Sequence record: MF360958.1
Strand: one strand, 5' to 3'
DNA: 64,000 bases
The notes beneath the pieces are model-generated. The model ran no database searches, was not told where the DNA came from, and saw only the letters and a program-made list of their open reading frames with translations. Made by a program: the position numbers and the translations under genes. Below, one piece after another: positions 12,701-22,300 of this stretch (the first letter of the stretch is position 1; each line of letters starts with the position of its first letter).

Positions 12701-15193
12701 ACGTGTTGTTTTACCTAAATTTATATTGCCAATAATTTTATCAAAGACATCACGCACATTTTGCTTATTAATATGCTTATTTTTCATTATATCTTCAGTA
12801 TTTAAAACAATTAGATTTTTAAATGACGAATATGCTCTCATGGAATTATAAATGCTGTCTACAATATCACGAGAGTTGTTATCATTAATAAACATTAAAG
12901 GAACCATAGAATTATCATGCTTTAGTACCTTATTGCCTTTAGAACGATCTTTTACTGTATCTCTGAAATTATTTTCACTTAATGAACTTCCTTTAATATA
13001 GTGTTGATTAAAGATTATTGATCTAAAATGATTAAATATTTCTGTGAATGCAAATTGCTCAACATTTTCGTTCATAGGATTATTAGACAGAGAATCCTGA
13101 ATCATTTGAATTGCTTCATTAGGATAATGTTCAATTCTTTCAAATGTTTCATATTTAACTTCTAAATAATCACCGCTTGATAAATTATCATTTAGTGGAT
13201 AAATTTTTAAATCTTCAAAATAAAAATCTTCATCTTTAATTAATCGATCACCATTTAATTCTACTTCAAAATTATCATTTTTAGGAATAAATTCAAATTC
13301 TAAATGAGGCCGTCCTGAATTAATATCCTCATCATTAAATACTTTTTTCTGTAGAAATGTTGTTAAATTACTGGTTTTTTCTTCCCAAATATCTTTATAT
13401 AATTCATCTTCAATAATATCATCTTCAATAATAATATAACCTGTTTTTGAACCTATAGTATAAGTATAAATATTATTTTCTGATTTATTTTTATCATATG
13501 AAAATTCAATATTTCTTATATTATTTGAATTATCGCCATTAACTTCATCGATAATTTTTTTACCATTACTATCTTTAATAGATATTGAATTATATTTTCC
13601 TGACCATCCTCTCGGGGTTGTAGTTGTATCTGAAAAATCAAATTTATATTGTATATTTTCTTTTAATATTAAGTTAGGTAACTTTTCATCATTAATATAA
13701 ATAGTTGGTTCATCATTTTCATCTTTATGAATAGTAAATAAATAAATATTATCAGATGTTATTTTTTCAGGATTTAACTTTTTATAAAAATGATTATTTA
13801 TTGTATGAGATACACCTCCTGCCTCATAAGAATATTGTTCATCCATAAAGTTTTCAAAAACAATATCAGAAGATTCTTGGAATGTTTTATATAATATATT
13901 CAAATCTAAATATTCATCATAAATTCCATCTTGTATGTCCGTTTTATAAGAAAATATTTTATTTCCTTTAAAATCACTATTCGGATAGCGATAAGGATCA
14001 TTGAGAAGTGTAGCTTTGCTTGAATCATTGTTATCATACAAATTAAATAGTGGTGCTTGTGTTGAATGGATTTTTTGTTGACATTGAATCCAACTATGAG
14101 TTTGTTCATCCCACTTAAATTCATCAGCTTTATAATTACCATCAAGAATTGTTACTTTATAACCATCATTTACTTTATCATATTCTACAAAATTATTACC
14201 ATCATAACGATAGATTTTAGGATTCCCTTCTTGGATTGCTAAGTCATTTACTTGAACAATCACTCCATCTGTTGCTATAGAAAGATTATTAGAAAATAAA
14301 GTTACATATTCATAAGGTGTATTTGAATAATTATAAAGTTCTATGTTTTTATCAAAACATATAATAGGACGTTTAGCTTGGCGTTCTCTACTTGCACTAA
14401 AACGTTCTTGTCCTACTTGTTGGTTCACCACATCTCTATGATACCAACAATTATTACGGCTCCATGGATTATCATCTAGACTTCCTCTTTCCATTGTAAT
14501 GTATTCAGCAGGAAAACGATCAATTAAATCTTGTATTTCATTATCTGCTATTTGAAGTCGATCAATACGTTTAGGTTTATTATTTTCTAAGGAAAATTCT
14601 ATAAGATTTATAAAACGTCCCACACCTTCAACAATGTATTCCTTATCATCATTAAGAATAATATGATGGCCACTACTAAGCATTATGTACTGATTAGATT
14701 CAGTAATCGTTGCTTGATATTGTGTTTTTCCAATAATATCTTCAGGTTGAGCATTAACATGAAAGGCCATAATTCCTTCAGGATACCAATAATAATTATT
14801 AAAGTTTATAAACATATCCATGTCTATAGGAGGGGCATAAGAGTAACTTTTTGAATTAAAAATACGATTATGATCAGATACATATGACCCTTTTGACTCT
14901 AAATTATTAAGTAAATCTTCATAAAACGTAGCAGATTTAATTTCACCACTATCAACATCTTTTATAACAAGTGTTTGTTCGAGTTGATAATCTTCACGAA
15001 TCTTACGATCTTCTTCTGAATAATAATCTTTAAATGGTTGAAACAATCCTCCGGGTGTTCGACCTATGTAAAATGGTACATCTTCGGAATTCTTCGATGT
15101 AAACAACGTTTCAGTTGTTGAATCCATGAAGTTACGGATTTTATTTGTACGAAATTGTCTAGGGAGAAATTGTTTAACATTTTTATTTGTCAT
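3770..15193 (-). CDS. Giant baseplate wedge-like structural protein (3807 aa) with inserted LamG-like and CBM5/12-like domains
   Basis: Size, position and N-terminal FLPRQFRT..YIGR..YQLE..DMFINFNNYYW pattern typical of the very large jumbo-phage baseplate protein; RBS AAGGA upstream. Confidence 0.7.
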   Translation of the reverse strand: MTNKNVKQFLPRQFRTNKIRNFMDSTTETLFTSKNSEDVPFYIGRTPGGLFQPFKDYYSEEDRKIREDYQLEQTLVIKDVDSGEIKSATFYEDLLNNLESKGSYVSDHNRIFNSKSYSYAPPIDMDMFINFNNYYWYPEGIMAFHVNAQPEDIIGKTQYQATITESNQYIMLSSGHHIILNDDKEYIVEGVGRFINLIEFSLENNKPKRIDRLQIADNEIQDLIDRFPAEYITMERGSLDDNPWSRNNCWYHRDVVNQQVGQERFSASRERQAKRPIICFDKNIELYNYSNTPYEYVTLFSNNLSIATDGVIVQVNDLAIQEGNPKIYRYDGNNFVEYDKVNDGYKVTILDGNYKADEFKWDEQTHSWIQCQQKIHSTQAPLFNLYDNNDSSKATLLNDPYRYPNSDFKGNKIFSYKTDIQDGIYDEYLDLNILYKTFQESSDIVFENFMDEQYSYEAGGVSHTINNHFYKKLNPEKITSDNIYLFTIHKDENDEPTIYINDEKLPNLILKENIQYKFDFSDTTTTPRGWSGKYNSISIKDSNGKKIIDEVNGDNSNNIRNIEFSYDKNKSENNIYTYTIGSKTGYIIIEDDIIEDELYKDIWEEKTSNLTTFLQKKVFNDEDINSGRPHLEFEFIPKNDNFEVELNGDRLIKDEDFYFEDLKIYPLNDNLSSGDYLEVKYETFERIEHYPNEAIQMIQDSLSNNPMNENVEQFAFTEIFNHFRSIIFNQHYIKGSSLSENNFRDTVKDRSKGNKVLKHDNSMVPLMFINDNNSRDIVDSIYNSMRAYSSFKNLIVLNTEDIMKNKHINKQNVRDVFDKIIGNINLGKTTRQTFSQTYMFGTYRKFINLEIDNNGKLNEFADTKPINNELYIFTNEGIKIRDIDYEISIDDIVGETKIIPKSFDISDIDEIRYYEDMDPSFCPSTPAKFGLEKPFKPEIIEDDSFKNKQHFIIGHDGSKTPVYSNYNQIEENDLDPRDLILLEFEKRIYNGIDKDFIETEKKYFDYNYLKEGYFRKSSYDLEQFKNTEFNIFHIWSYNNNVNYSKNTQYDEDNPWTYNYSLHGSKLPGHWKGIYEYLYDTHRPDIRPWEMLGFSIKPAWWDNEYGSDYSSNNVQLWNDLEQGIIRQGERSNAENMRYMSVDNIYRRIGLKELIPVKNDGTLKDPVELGLFNNYPTYYNASQPWEYGDLGPVEQSWKRQSDYFYAKQIVHYLLKPLDYINKAWNTFETYSKNSTFFPNVINYEINNQKNNNYVPGVTQWIHDYIRENDESVEDIMIDAFNGINVVLGHKLGGYIDTQNLRIISESYNPRSGNVNSSLPEDDINVFVHESKDIREEVYSGVIIERVAPNRKDLNFIKGELYQKGDIVYISNDDSYYKNVKSLYDYPEWNEKTTYVKNRAVIYNNTIWNCIVDHSPQNIPPTDSNYWELRGFIDSEWALMFDAPDPKYTVFKVYGYDPYGSQFKTIPAKTSGKKKTITSITNESEAIDAKQWEPLTNYEQGEYRTLPNGKLIRALEKHKSGQSFDNEYWTIVENIPYTNIAKTTVGIEGDDSILNVVPYGTTFRNEKDVSEFIIAYGRYLESRGWLFDERDKNRNIYKNWELSVKEFIQWAYENKNEGSVISLSPSSMNIRFKSDHGVPSISRNYNKNKITLLDNRSRIITPSENTFNRENDVFQITPQRPIYYARVNVREYEHAMVINNRTIFSDVLYNPLYGIRKERLQVNARKTKDWNGKLEANGYIILDNRLLPNFESSITDLKTINDMDSISTQYIFNTLKYHNIGFENRSYLENINMDEKSQIQFYSGFIRQKGTSEAFQRILRSNQIEADENMGINEEWAFKEGEFGSLINNQTTEYVLNRMDYISSPQNIILRYNGYGEDITPSYNDILIESSNRDKWLKFPSRFSQYEKIWTEDRLSNLKVMPTAGYVNYYDVDYTAFSLSELNTKIINSGKELQPKQYAWIARDGYSGYGFNVYISQEDKNITVKDIEIYGEEDISSMILRLNNVEENSIYSLYNLGYKYTFTFKRVDENDNLFIALPYDNSTYITLNEDLTKDDLNNSTFIIWKPLRINKFYNTIYNDIQDTIDRFIQKNNIDVFDGLKLFIDSVNSNVSYKQSILESSALEYWTFDNKEDSTFIGHINDISLTTNSDYAFENPNNGLILGDKSLKGGTNYDPSNNNWPQSFWADLGNHLNLSNKEKSIQFWINNGEFSYRYNQSVSTTIASIVGVDLDTSNTYTVQLMVDPPIVGSEWSYKIVYMVNDIIDQELDAIIESGYNQIVLNYKNINGKVHIESFINGLNFEELVSSSVINVDNNVLWYTVIGDSAEPESDMPYIDHVSVYDYALDLKDIQEQYDIALETIKNENKRNRWAVYYFNSGKWNLDYKEQDVIDCNLMKDITVYESNTNNLVTHLNIFDPIKGFYPSSLINYIDYFTEYDPANYHLNDSDNNSYWTDSKVGTLWLDTSKLRYIEYENFDIETRNNLWGSLFPGSEVHVYEWIKTKVLPENIEDQSVILDTTKYTIGSEYDVLTDNYIEYYYYWVKNNINVPETSNRNVNAVDIANSIKYPENNGTGYIQFLRNDIFSIIDINNDLVDNDTVIQINYRLGYNEQSRNHSQWKLLSRNSKEIPEYLFNNMVDSLLGYTEPSDQNPEGLKVPNPNLAPNNRYGNDRVKRQSWFYNAQNARKIFYEVINNVLKYINLWDTDIFWERRVDNVKRDTELYSLVDWYKEDFDPDTIVRNKIKDRNFLNSIPLEDGEHIAVNETAEQNTYINEKTTVIYRYIKEYNTYEKVFQTRSALSFNPIIYKRELTAQEAIEMRRILNVIFNYILIGENKDTIFELFFRLVEQIFVEQPNNDWVYPSTYISINQKTNTLTKSNVYRQNREQQIIDYVNEAKPFHTKLRTINRTHTREPENIGLFVTDFDKPPYLTEDKDQIILQEYVTEKIRYRKNEYYYHKIMNSNPYEYWSMNNIQDNKNIQGLYGNDFILNDNPEIINIEQNEGISYTNNICLSGTSNYSYTNTLKNFETNSFNIEWWFTSPNNLSEGRNSFVLIKFNNNNKVNTIEFVIDVDADNIWQYKVIFVNSLNENIEINLNLIFNNKANYISIGYSNGDIRLYNNNRLASETSIEFLEVLNSDIEVMFGNNNTNDIVCFDEIAIYPRMISKNEAIIHYNAGDIERPQNEFELQKIHDLESIEVYIEDQKLPKDSYQIIGNTLIFNNIVQEPINYYNNITVRSNNLDHINILNNYKNTRGYMSVNQDNLKNWKSTVNQKSSTIVFDRISLLPTFSLEQLLKIKNNIDNSDKPLEKLTNYSLYNHDNPKQTLSEIDRIIIQHHSDLLENIVNETKTIFVNSKTKKNISIDNSHNKDNISVFINDIYINERYYKINTKNGKTNLEFVNKLYKGDVVKVRSKDDYRTLIQKSSEIRGVGIPYHNIDEINELPFVINSNTSPIKLNDNGELIIEQDYIDDLEESNIEPTLVESNSDFNNSSANNIRHNTPFIETSHRGVPEEKSSLNFKESMCVTYKNNLKLVPRGYETSIPLNIFETVTFNSDGTETEYPINLNVHKEQVMVLVNDDEWVMDDEENNIQYHYELRPNKIIFHKSLNYKDKVVITDRYSAFDRYGGNENDDYGINVQGGYDSNMILPNYLNDINNPDHEHAVHEYREFVLYNYSGKVFLFKCDEKDAINVKSHIHPDEHSIELETITDKLKPVNNENGKLLALYASRMNNDKLEHSFVEFIHYKTINNNNRTLEDVKRSIFSTGRKYFDIDKYHVKAYPIDIENQMPQFTILEPYIGINSQRSYPKYGHIMSGKD

Positions 15194-15270
15194 TACTCAT
15201 TATATCCTTTTTATCTGTTAAAGTCTTAATTATTTATGGTTTAAATCTTCAGAGTCAATTTAAAAATGTA

Positions 15271-16317
15271 TTAAGTTGATCCGCCACAGTATCCTTCAAC
15301 ACAAATATCAATATTTGCTGAATCGCTATTATTAGAATCATACTTTATAACATACTGCTGTGATAACTTAACCCTAAAGTTTTCCATCGTTGTTGTCAAT
15401 TCATTAGCTGTATTAACATTATCATAATCACCATTTGTTTCATCAGCAATTTGTTTAAATACATTTTCATCAAAATTAGAACCAAAAGCAATTAAAAATA
15501 CTGGTATGGATGCATTTTTTGCTGAATCGATAGCATCTTGTAATGTATTATTTGAACTCCCATCGTTACCATCAGTTATTACCATTAACGCATTTTGCCG
15601 ACTGCTGGATTTTATTTCATTCACAGCTGTAATAATTGAATCATATAATGCGGTTGAACTTCCTACATCCGATGGGTTATTAATTGCATCTTTTAGATCA
15701 GATGCATTACTAGTTAAACTTTGATCAAGAGAAGCATCACCTCCGAAATTAATTATTGCTGCTTTATCAGAACTATTTAATTTATCTATTAGATTCGATG
15801 CACCTGTATTCATATCGGATTGGTAATCTGAAAATGATCCAGATCTATCTAGAGATATACCAATATCAACAAATTTATTTAAATCACCACTTGTTGAAAA
15901 TGTATAATTAGATATTTCAGAACCATTCTCAGTAACACCACAAATATCTTCACTTGTTATATCAGTAACAGACTCCCCCGTGTCGGGATCAATTACATCA
16001 AAATAAACTTCTGTTGTAGAGCCACTATTAATTTTCTCAATTTGTCTAATTTTGACGCCTTCTCCAACTACAGATATTGTTTTTGATATTGATGTAGAAT
16101 CAACAGTTGCTGTTAATGTTAATTGTTCATTTAATATGTCTGTTGAAACAGTAAGATTGCCTTGCGAATCCACTGTTCCTATACTATTACTAGTAGACCA
16201 TGAATCTACATTGATATCATCGCTTATTGTACCATCACCTTCTCGTTTTAAAACATTATATTGATGGCTGCTTCCTGCACAAATTCTTTTTGGACCATCT
16301 AAAATTAAATTACTATA
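15271..16317 (-). repeat. vWA module copy 2 (C-terminal); direct repeat of 18220..19272
   Basis: Near-identical DNA to copy 1 at a 2955-bp offset. Confidence 0.95.
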
Positions 16318-19300
16318 TAATATTTGTATATCTTTACTATCGTTTATTTCCCCATCACTAATATTAATTGTTATTACATCCTGATTGTTTGAGTTATTAC
16401 TATCAGGGGTTTCTAATGTAACCGTATCACCGCTTACTGAAACAGAACCTATATTACTTGAAACACTGTAATTTTTAGTAGAATCATAATTAGTGATTGT
16501 ATATTCATAGGTTTTGTTGGATTCAACGGGATCAGGCCCATCTAATAATATTCCATCATAAAGATAGGTCACATCTTTACTACCATTAACTCTACCATCA
16601 GTTATATCAATTGTGATTGTTCTTTCTTCAAAATTACTATTAGGGGTTTCTAATGTAACCGTATCGCCATTAACTGAAACACTTCCTATATTACTTGACA
16701 CATTGTAATTTTTAGTAGAATCATAATTAGTGATTGTATATTCATAGGTCTTATTGGACTCAACGGGATCTGGTCCATCTAATAATATCTCATCATATAG
16801 ATAGGTCACATCTTTACTACTATTTACTGTGCCATCAGTTATATCAATTGTGATTGTTTTATTGCTATCGTTACTATCAGGAGTTTCTAATGTCACTGTA
16901 TCGCCATTTACTGAAACATTTCCTATATTAGTTGAAACACTATAATTTTTGGTAGAATCATAATTAGTAATCGTATATTCATAGGTTTTGTTGGATTCAA
17001 CGGGATCTGGTCCATCTAATCCTATGTCATTATATAGATAGGTCACATCTTTACTACTATAAACATCCCCATCATTTATATTAATTGTGATTGTTCTTTC
17101 TTCAAAATTACTATTAGGGGTTTCTAATGTAACCGTATCGCCATTAACTGAAACACTTCCTATATTACTTGACACAATGTAATTTTTAGTAGAATCATAA
17201 TTAGTGATTGTATATTCATAGGTCTTATTGGATTCAACCGGATCCGGCCCATCTAATAGTATTTCGTCATATAATAACTGTACATTTTTACTACCATTTA
17301 CTGTTCCATCAGTTATATCAATTGTGATTGTTTTAGTTGAATCATTATTATTAGGGGTTTCTAATGTCACTGTATCACCACTTACTGAAACAGAACCTAT
17401 ATTACTTGACACATTGTAATTTTTAGTAGAATCATAATTTGTGATTGTATAGTAATATGTATTATCTGTTAAAACATTATTTGGTCCATCTAATAATATC
17501 TCATCATATAGATAAGTCACATCGTGTTTACTTGAAACATCTCCATCAGTTATATCAATTGTGATTGTTTTAGTTGAATCATTACTATTAGGGGTTTCTA
17601 ATGTCACTGTATCACCACTTACTGAAACAGAACCTATATTAGTTGAAACAGTGTAATTTTTACTAGGAAAATAATTAGTGATTATATATTCATAGATTTT
17701 ATTGGATTCAACTGGGTCTGGGCCATCTAATTTTATGTCATCATATAGATAAGTCACATCGTGTTTACTTGAAACATCTCCATCAGTTATATCAATTGTG
17801 ATTGTTTTAGTTGAATCATTACTATTAGGGGTTTCTAATGTCACTGTATCACCACTTACTGAAACATTTCCTATATTAGTTGAAACACTATAATTTTTAG
17901 TAGAATCATAATTAGTGATTGTATATTCATAGGTCTTATTGGATTCAACTGGATCCGGGCCATCTAATAGTATTTCGTCATATAATAACTGTACATCTTT
18001 ACTACCATTTACTGTACCATCAGTTATATCAATTGTGATTGTTTTAGTTGAATCATTATTATCAGGGGTTTCTAATGTCACTGTATCATCATTAACTGAA
18101 ACAGAACCTATATTACTTGACACATTGTAATTTTTATTTGGTTGATAATTAGCAATAATGTAATTATAAGTATTAGATGGTTTGACAAATTCTGGACCAT
18201 TCAATAAAATCTCATCATAAACATAAGAATTTGATCCACCACAATATCCTTCAACACAAATATCAATATTTGCTGAATCAGTATTATTAGAATCATATTT
18301 TATAACATACTGTTGTGACAATCTAACCCTAAAGTTTTCCATCGTTGTTGTCAATTCATTAGCTGTATTAACATTATCATAATCACCATTTGTTTCATCA
18401 GCAATTTGTTTAAATACATTTTCATCAAAATTAGAACCAAAAGCAATTAAAAATACTGGTATAGATGCATTTTTTGCTGCGTCTATAGCATCTTGTAATG
18501 TGTTATTTGAATTGCCATCGTTACCATCAGTTATTACCATTAACGCATTTTGCCGACTGCTGGATTTTATTTCATTCACAGCTGTAATAATTGAATCATA
18601 TAATGCGGTTGAACTTCCTACATCTGAAGGACTATTAATTGCATCTTTTAGATGGGATGCATTACTAGTTAAACTTTGATCAAGAGAAACATCGCCTCCG
18701 AAATTAATTATTGCTGCTTTATCAGAACTATTTAATTTATCTATTAGATTCGATGCACCTGTATTCATATCGGATTGATTATTTGAGAATGATCCAGATC
18801 TGTCTAGAGATATACCAATATCAACAAATTTATTTAAGTCGCCACTTGTTGAAAATGTATAATTAGATATTTCAGAACCATTCTCAGTAACACCACAAAT
18901 ATCTTCACTTGTTATATCAGTAACGGATTCACCTGTGTCGGGATCAATTACATCAAAATAAACTTCTGTTGTAGAGCCACTATTAATTTTCTCAATTTGT
19001 CTAATTTTGACGCCTTCTCCAACTACAGATATTGTTTTTGATATTGATGTAGAATCAACAGTTGCTGTTAATGTTAATTGTTTACCTGATGTGTCTGGTT
19101 TTATACTAACATTACCTTGCGAATCCACTGTTCCTATACTATTACTAGTAGACCATGAATCTACATTAATATCATCGCTTATTGTACCATCACTATGTTT
19201 AAGAGATAGGTTATATTGATGAGTGCTTCCTACACAAATTCTTTCTGGACCATTTAATAATATTTCATCATATAAGTAAGTTATATCTTTACTACCATTA

Positions 19301-22300
19301 ACTCTACCATCGGTTATATCAATTGTGATTGTTTTTTCATTATCATCAAAATTACTATCAGGGGTTTCTAATGTAACAGTATCGCCATTAACTGAAACAC
19401 TTCCTATATTACTTGAAACAGTGTAATTTTTACTAGAATCATAATTAGTAATTGTATATTGATAACTATTATTGGATTTGACGGTATCAGGTCCGTCCAA
19501 TAATATTTCATCATATAAGTAAGTTATATCTTTACTACCATTTACTGTACCATCAGTTATATCAATTGTAATTGTTTTAGTTGAATCATTACTATTAGGG
19601 GTTTCTAATGTAACCGTATCACCACTTACTGAAACACTTCCTATATTACTTGAAACATTGTAATTTTTAGTAGGTTCATAATTAGTGATTGTATATTCAT
19701 AGGTCTTATTGGACTCAACGGGATCTGGTCCATCTAATAATATCTCATCATATAGATAAGTTACATTATGATCACTAAATACAGTCCCGTCATTTATTTC
19801 AATAGTAATTGTTTTCTCTTCAAAATTACTTTCAGGAGTTTCTAATGTAACCGTTTCGCCATTTATTGAAACAGAACCTATATTACTTGAAACACTGTAA
19901 TTTTTGGTAGAATCATAATTAGTGATTGTATATTCATAAATTTTGTTGGATTCAACCGGTTCTGGGCCATCTAATAATATATCGTCATAGAGATAAGTCA
20001 CATCATGTGTACTATGAACCCAACTATCATTTATTTCAATAGTAATTGTTTTCTCTTCAAAATTACTTTCAGGAGTTTCTAATGTAACCGTATCACCACT
20101 GATTGAAACAATGCCTATATTAGTTGAGACATTGTAATTTTTACTAGGGAAATAATTAGTAATTGTATATTCATAGGTTTTGTTGGATTCAACGGGATCA
20201 GGCCCATCTAATAATATTTCATCATATTTTATAGGATCTACAGTAATGCAACGCACCGTATTAGTATGTCGTTCAAATGTCCATAACTCATAACCATTTG
20301 GATGGATTTTCTTTGCTGTTCTATCATTTGATGCACTATATATGTTAGTTTTATAGTCAGTTTCTAATCCATATACAACACTATTATGACCATCATAAGA
20401 CCATATTTCATTTCCACGAGGATCAAGTTTCTTAATTGTTTCATCAATGGAAGCACTGTAAATATTTTCATTATGGTCAGTAGCTACATCAAGTATTGCC
20501 GCTGAATGGCCAGTAAATGACCATAATTCATCGCCATCTAAGCTTATTTTACGTACTGTATTATCTAATGAACCACTAAATAAATATGCATCATAATAAT
20601 GCAACGCAAGACAACGAATACCATTTGTATGTTCTTCGTATGACCAAAGTTTTTCAGCTATTGAATTTAATTTTCTAATTGATCCATCTTTTGAACCTGT
20701 ATAAACATTTCCATCTTTATCAATATCAATAGCCCATATTTCATCATTATGACCATAATAAGTCCATATATGTTCACCGTTTGATTTTAATTTTTTAACA
20801 GTAGTATCTTTTGAACCTGTATAAACATTCCCTTCATCATCTACGACAACTTTATATATATTATCATTATGACCATAATAAGTCCATATTTTATTAAAAT
20901 CATTATCAAATTTTTCTACTATGTCATCTCTACTGCCAGTATAAATATTTCTATCTTTATCAATATCAATAGAATAATTAGTATTTGGACTAGAACTGTG
21001 AGAGTAAATTTCATAACCATTATTATCTAATTTACGAATAGTATTATCAAATGAAGCGGTATAAATGTTTATACCATTAGCATATTCTATATCATAAGTA
21101 TATTCTGTAGAAACATTTTCATCTGATATTGTTATTGTCGTTGCATCTACTGTATTTAAATCAGTTAAATCAACAATAAGCTCATCTTCATTTATAGTTG
21201 CATTACCTATTGAAGCAGATGCTTGATAATTTCGATGTGGTTCATGATTTATAATTTTATATTTATAAATCTCTCCGGCTTGCAATACATCTGGCCCTTG
21301 TAATATAATATCATCATATAGATAAGTTACTGTATGGTCAGAATATACTTTTCCATCATCTATACTAATAGTTAAATTTCGTTCTTCTGTATTATAATCT
21401 GGTGTTTTTAAAGTAATTTTATCATTATTAATACTTATATTTCCTATATTAGATGATACATTATAGGACTGACTAGAATAATAATTCACTATGGTATAAG
21501 TATATTCTTTATCGGATTTGACAGGATCAGGACCATCAATTTTTATTTCATCATAAGAACCATCACCTTTAACATTATATTGATATTGTGTTGAAATATG
21601 TTGATCAGTAATAATTACGTTAGCAATATCGGTTAATCTTACATTAGTTAAATCTAATGTAAGAACATCTTCTGAAACTGAAACTTCGCCTAAATCTGTA
21701 GTAGCACTGTAATCTCGCTGAGGGAAATAATTATCAATGGTATATGTATAAACATTTCCAGCATCAAGATTATCTGGACCAATAAGTATAATTTTGTCAT
21801 AATCTTCATGATCATCAACATTATAACTATAATCTGTTGACACATAGCCATCAGTAATCGTAATATCTACAATACCTCCTAGAGTAAATCCTTTAAGATC
21901 TAAAATTAATTTATCATCTTTAATTTCAACATCACCCATTGATGTTACCGCATTATAAACTTTATTAGGATCATAATTATCAATGGTATATGTATAGATA
22001 TTCCCCACTTGTAATTGTTGAGGACCAACAAGTATAATTTTGTCATACTCATTTGTTACTACTACAGGGTTAACAGCCACATCGTATACAGGGGCTGTAT
22101 GCCCTTTGTATTCCCAAATAATACTGTTTCCATAAGGCTCAAATTTTCGTACTATGTGATCCTCGGAGCCTGTATAAATATTTGAATTTTCATCGACAGA
22201 TAATGCCCATATATTATGTTCTAATTTATCATATGACCATATAAAAGTACCTTGATTATCATACTTTCTAATACGATCATCATGTGATACGATATAGAAA

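Noticed and set aside
15271-19272. Diversity-generating retroelement (template/variable repeat pair) as an explanation for the two vWA copies
   Set aside because: Differences are not adenine-specific, run in both directions and include many synonymous changes; both copies are coding; no reverse transcriptase in the window
16318-20226. CRISPR array
   Set aside because: The repeats are 237-bp in-frame coding units with no unique spacers, and there are no cas genes
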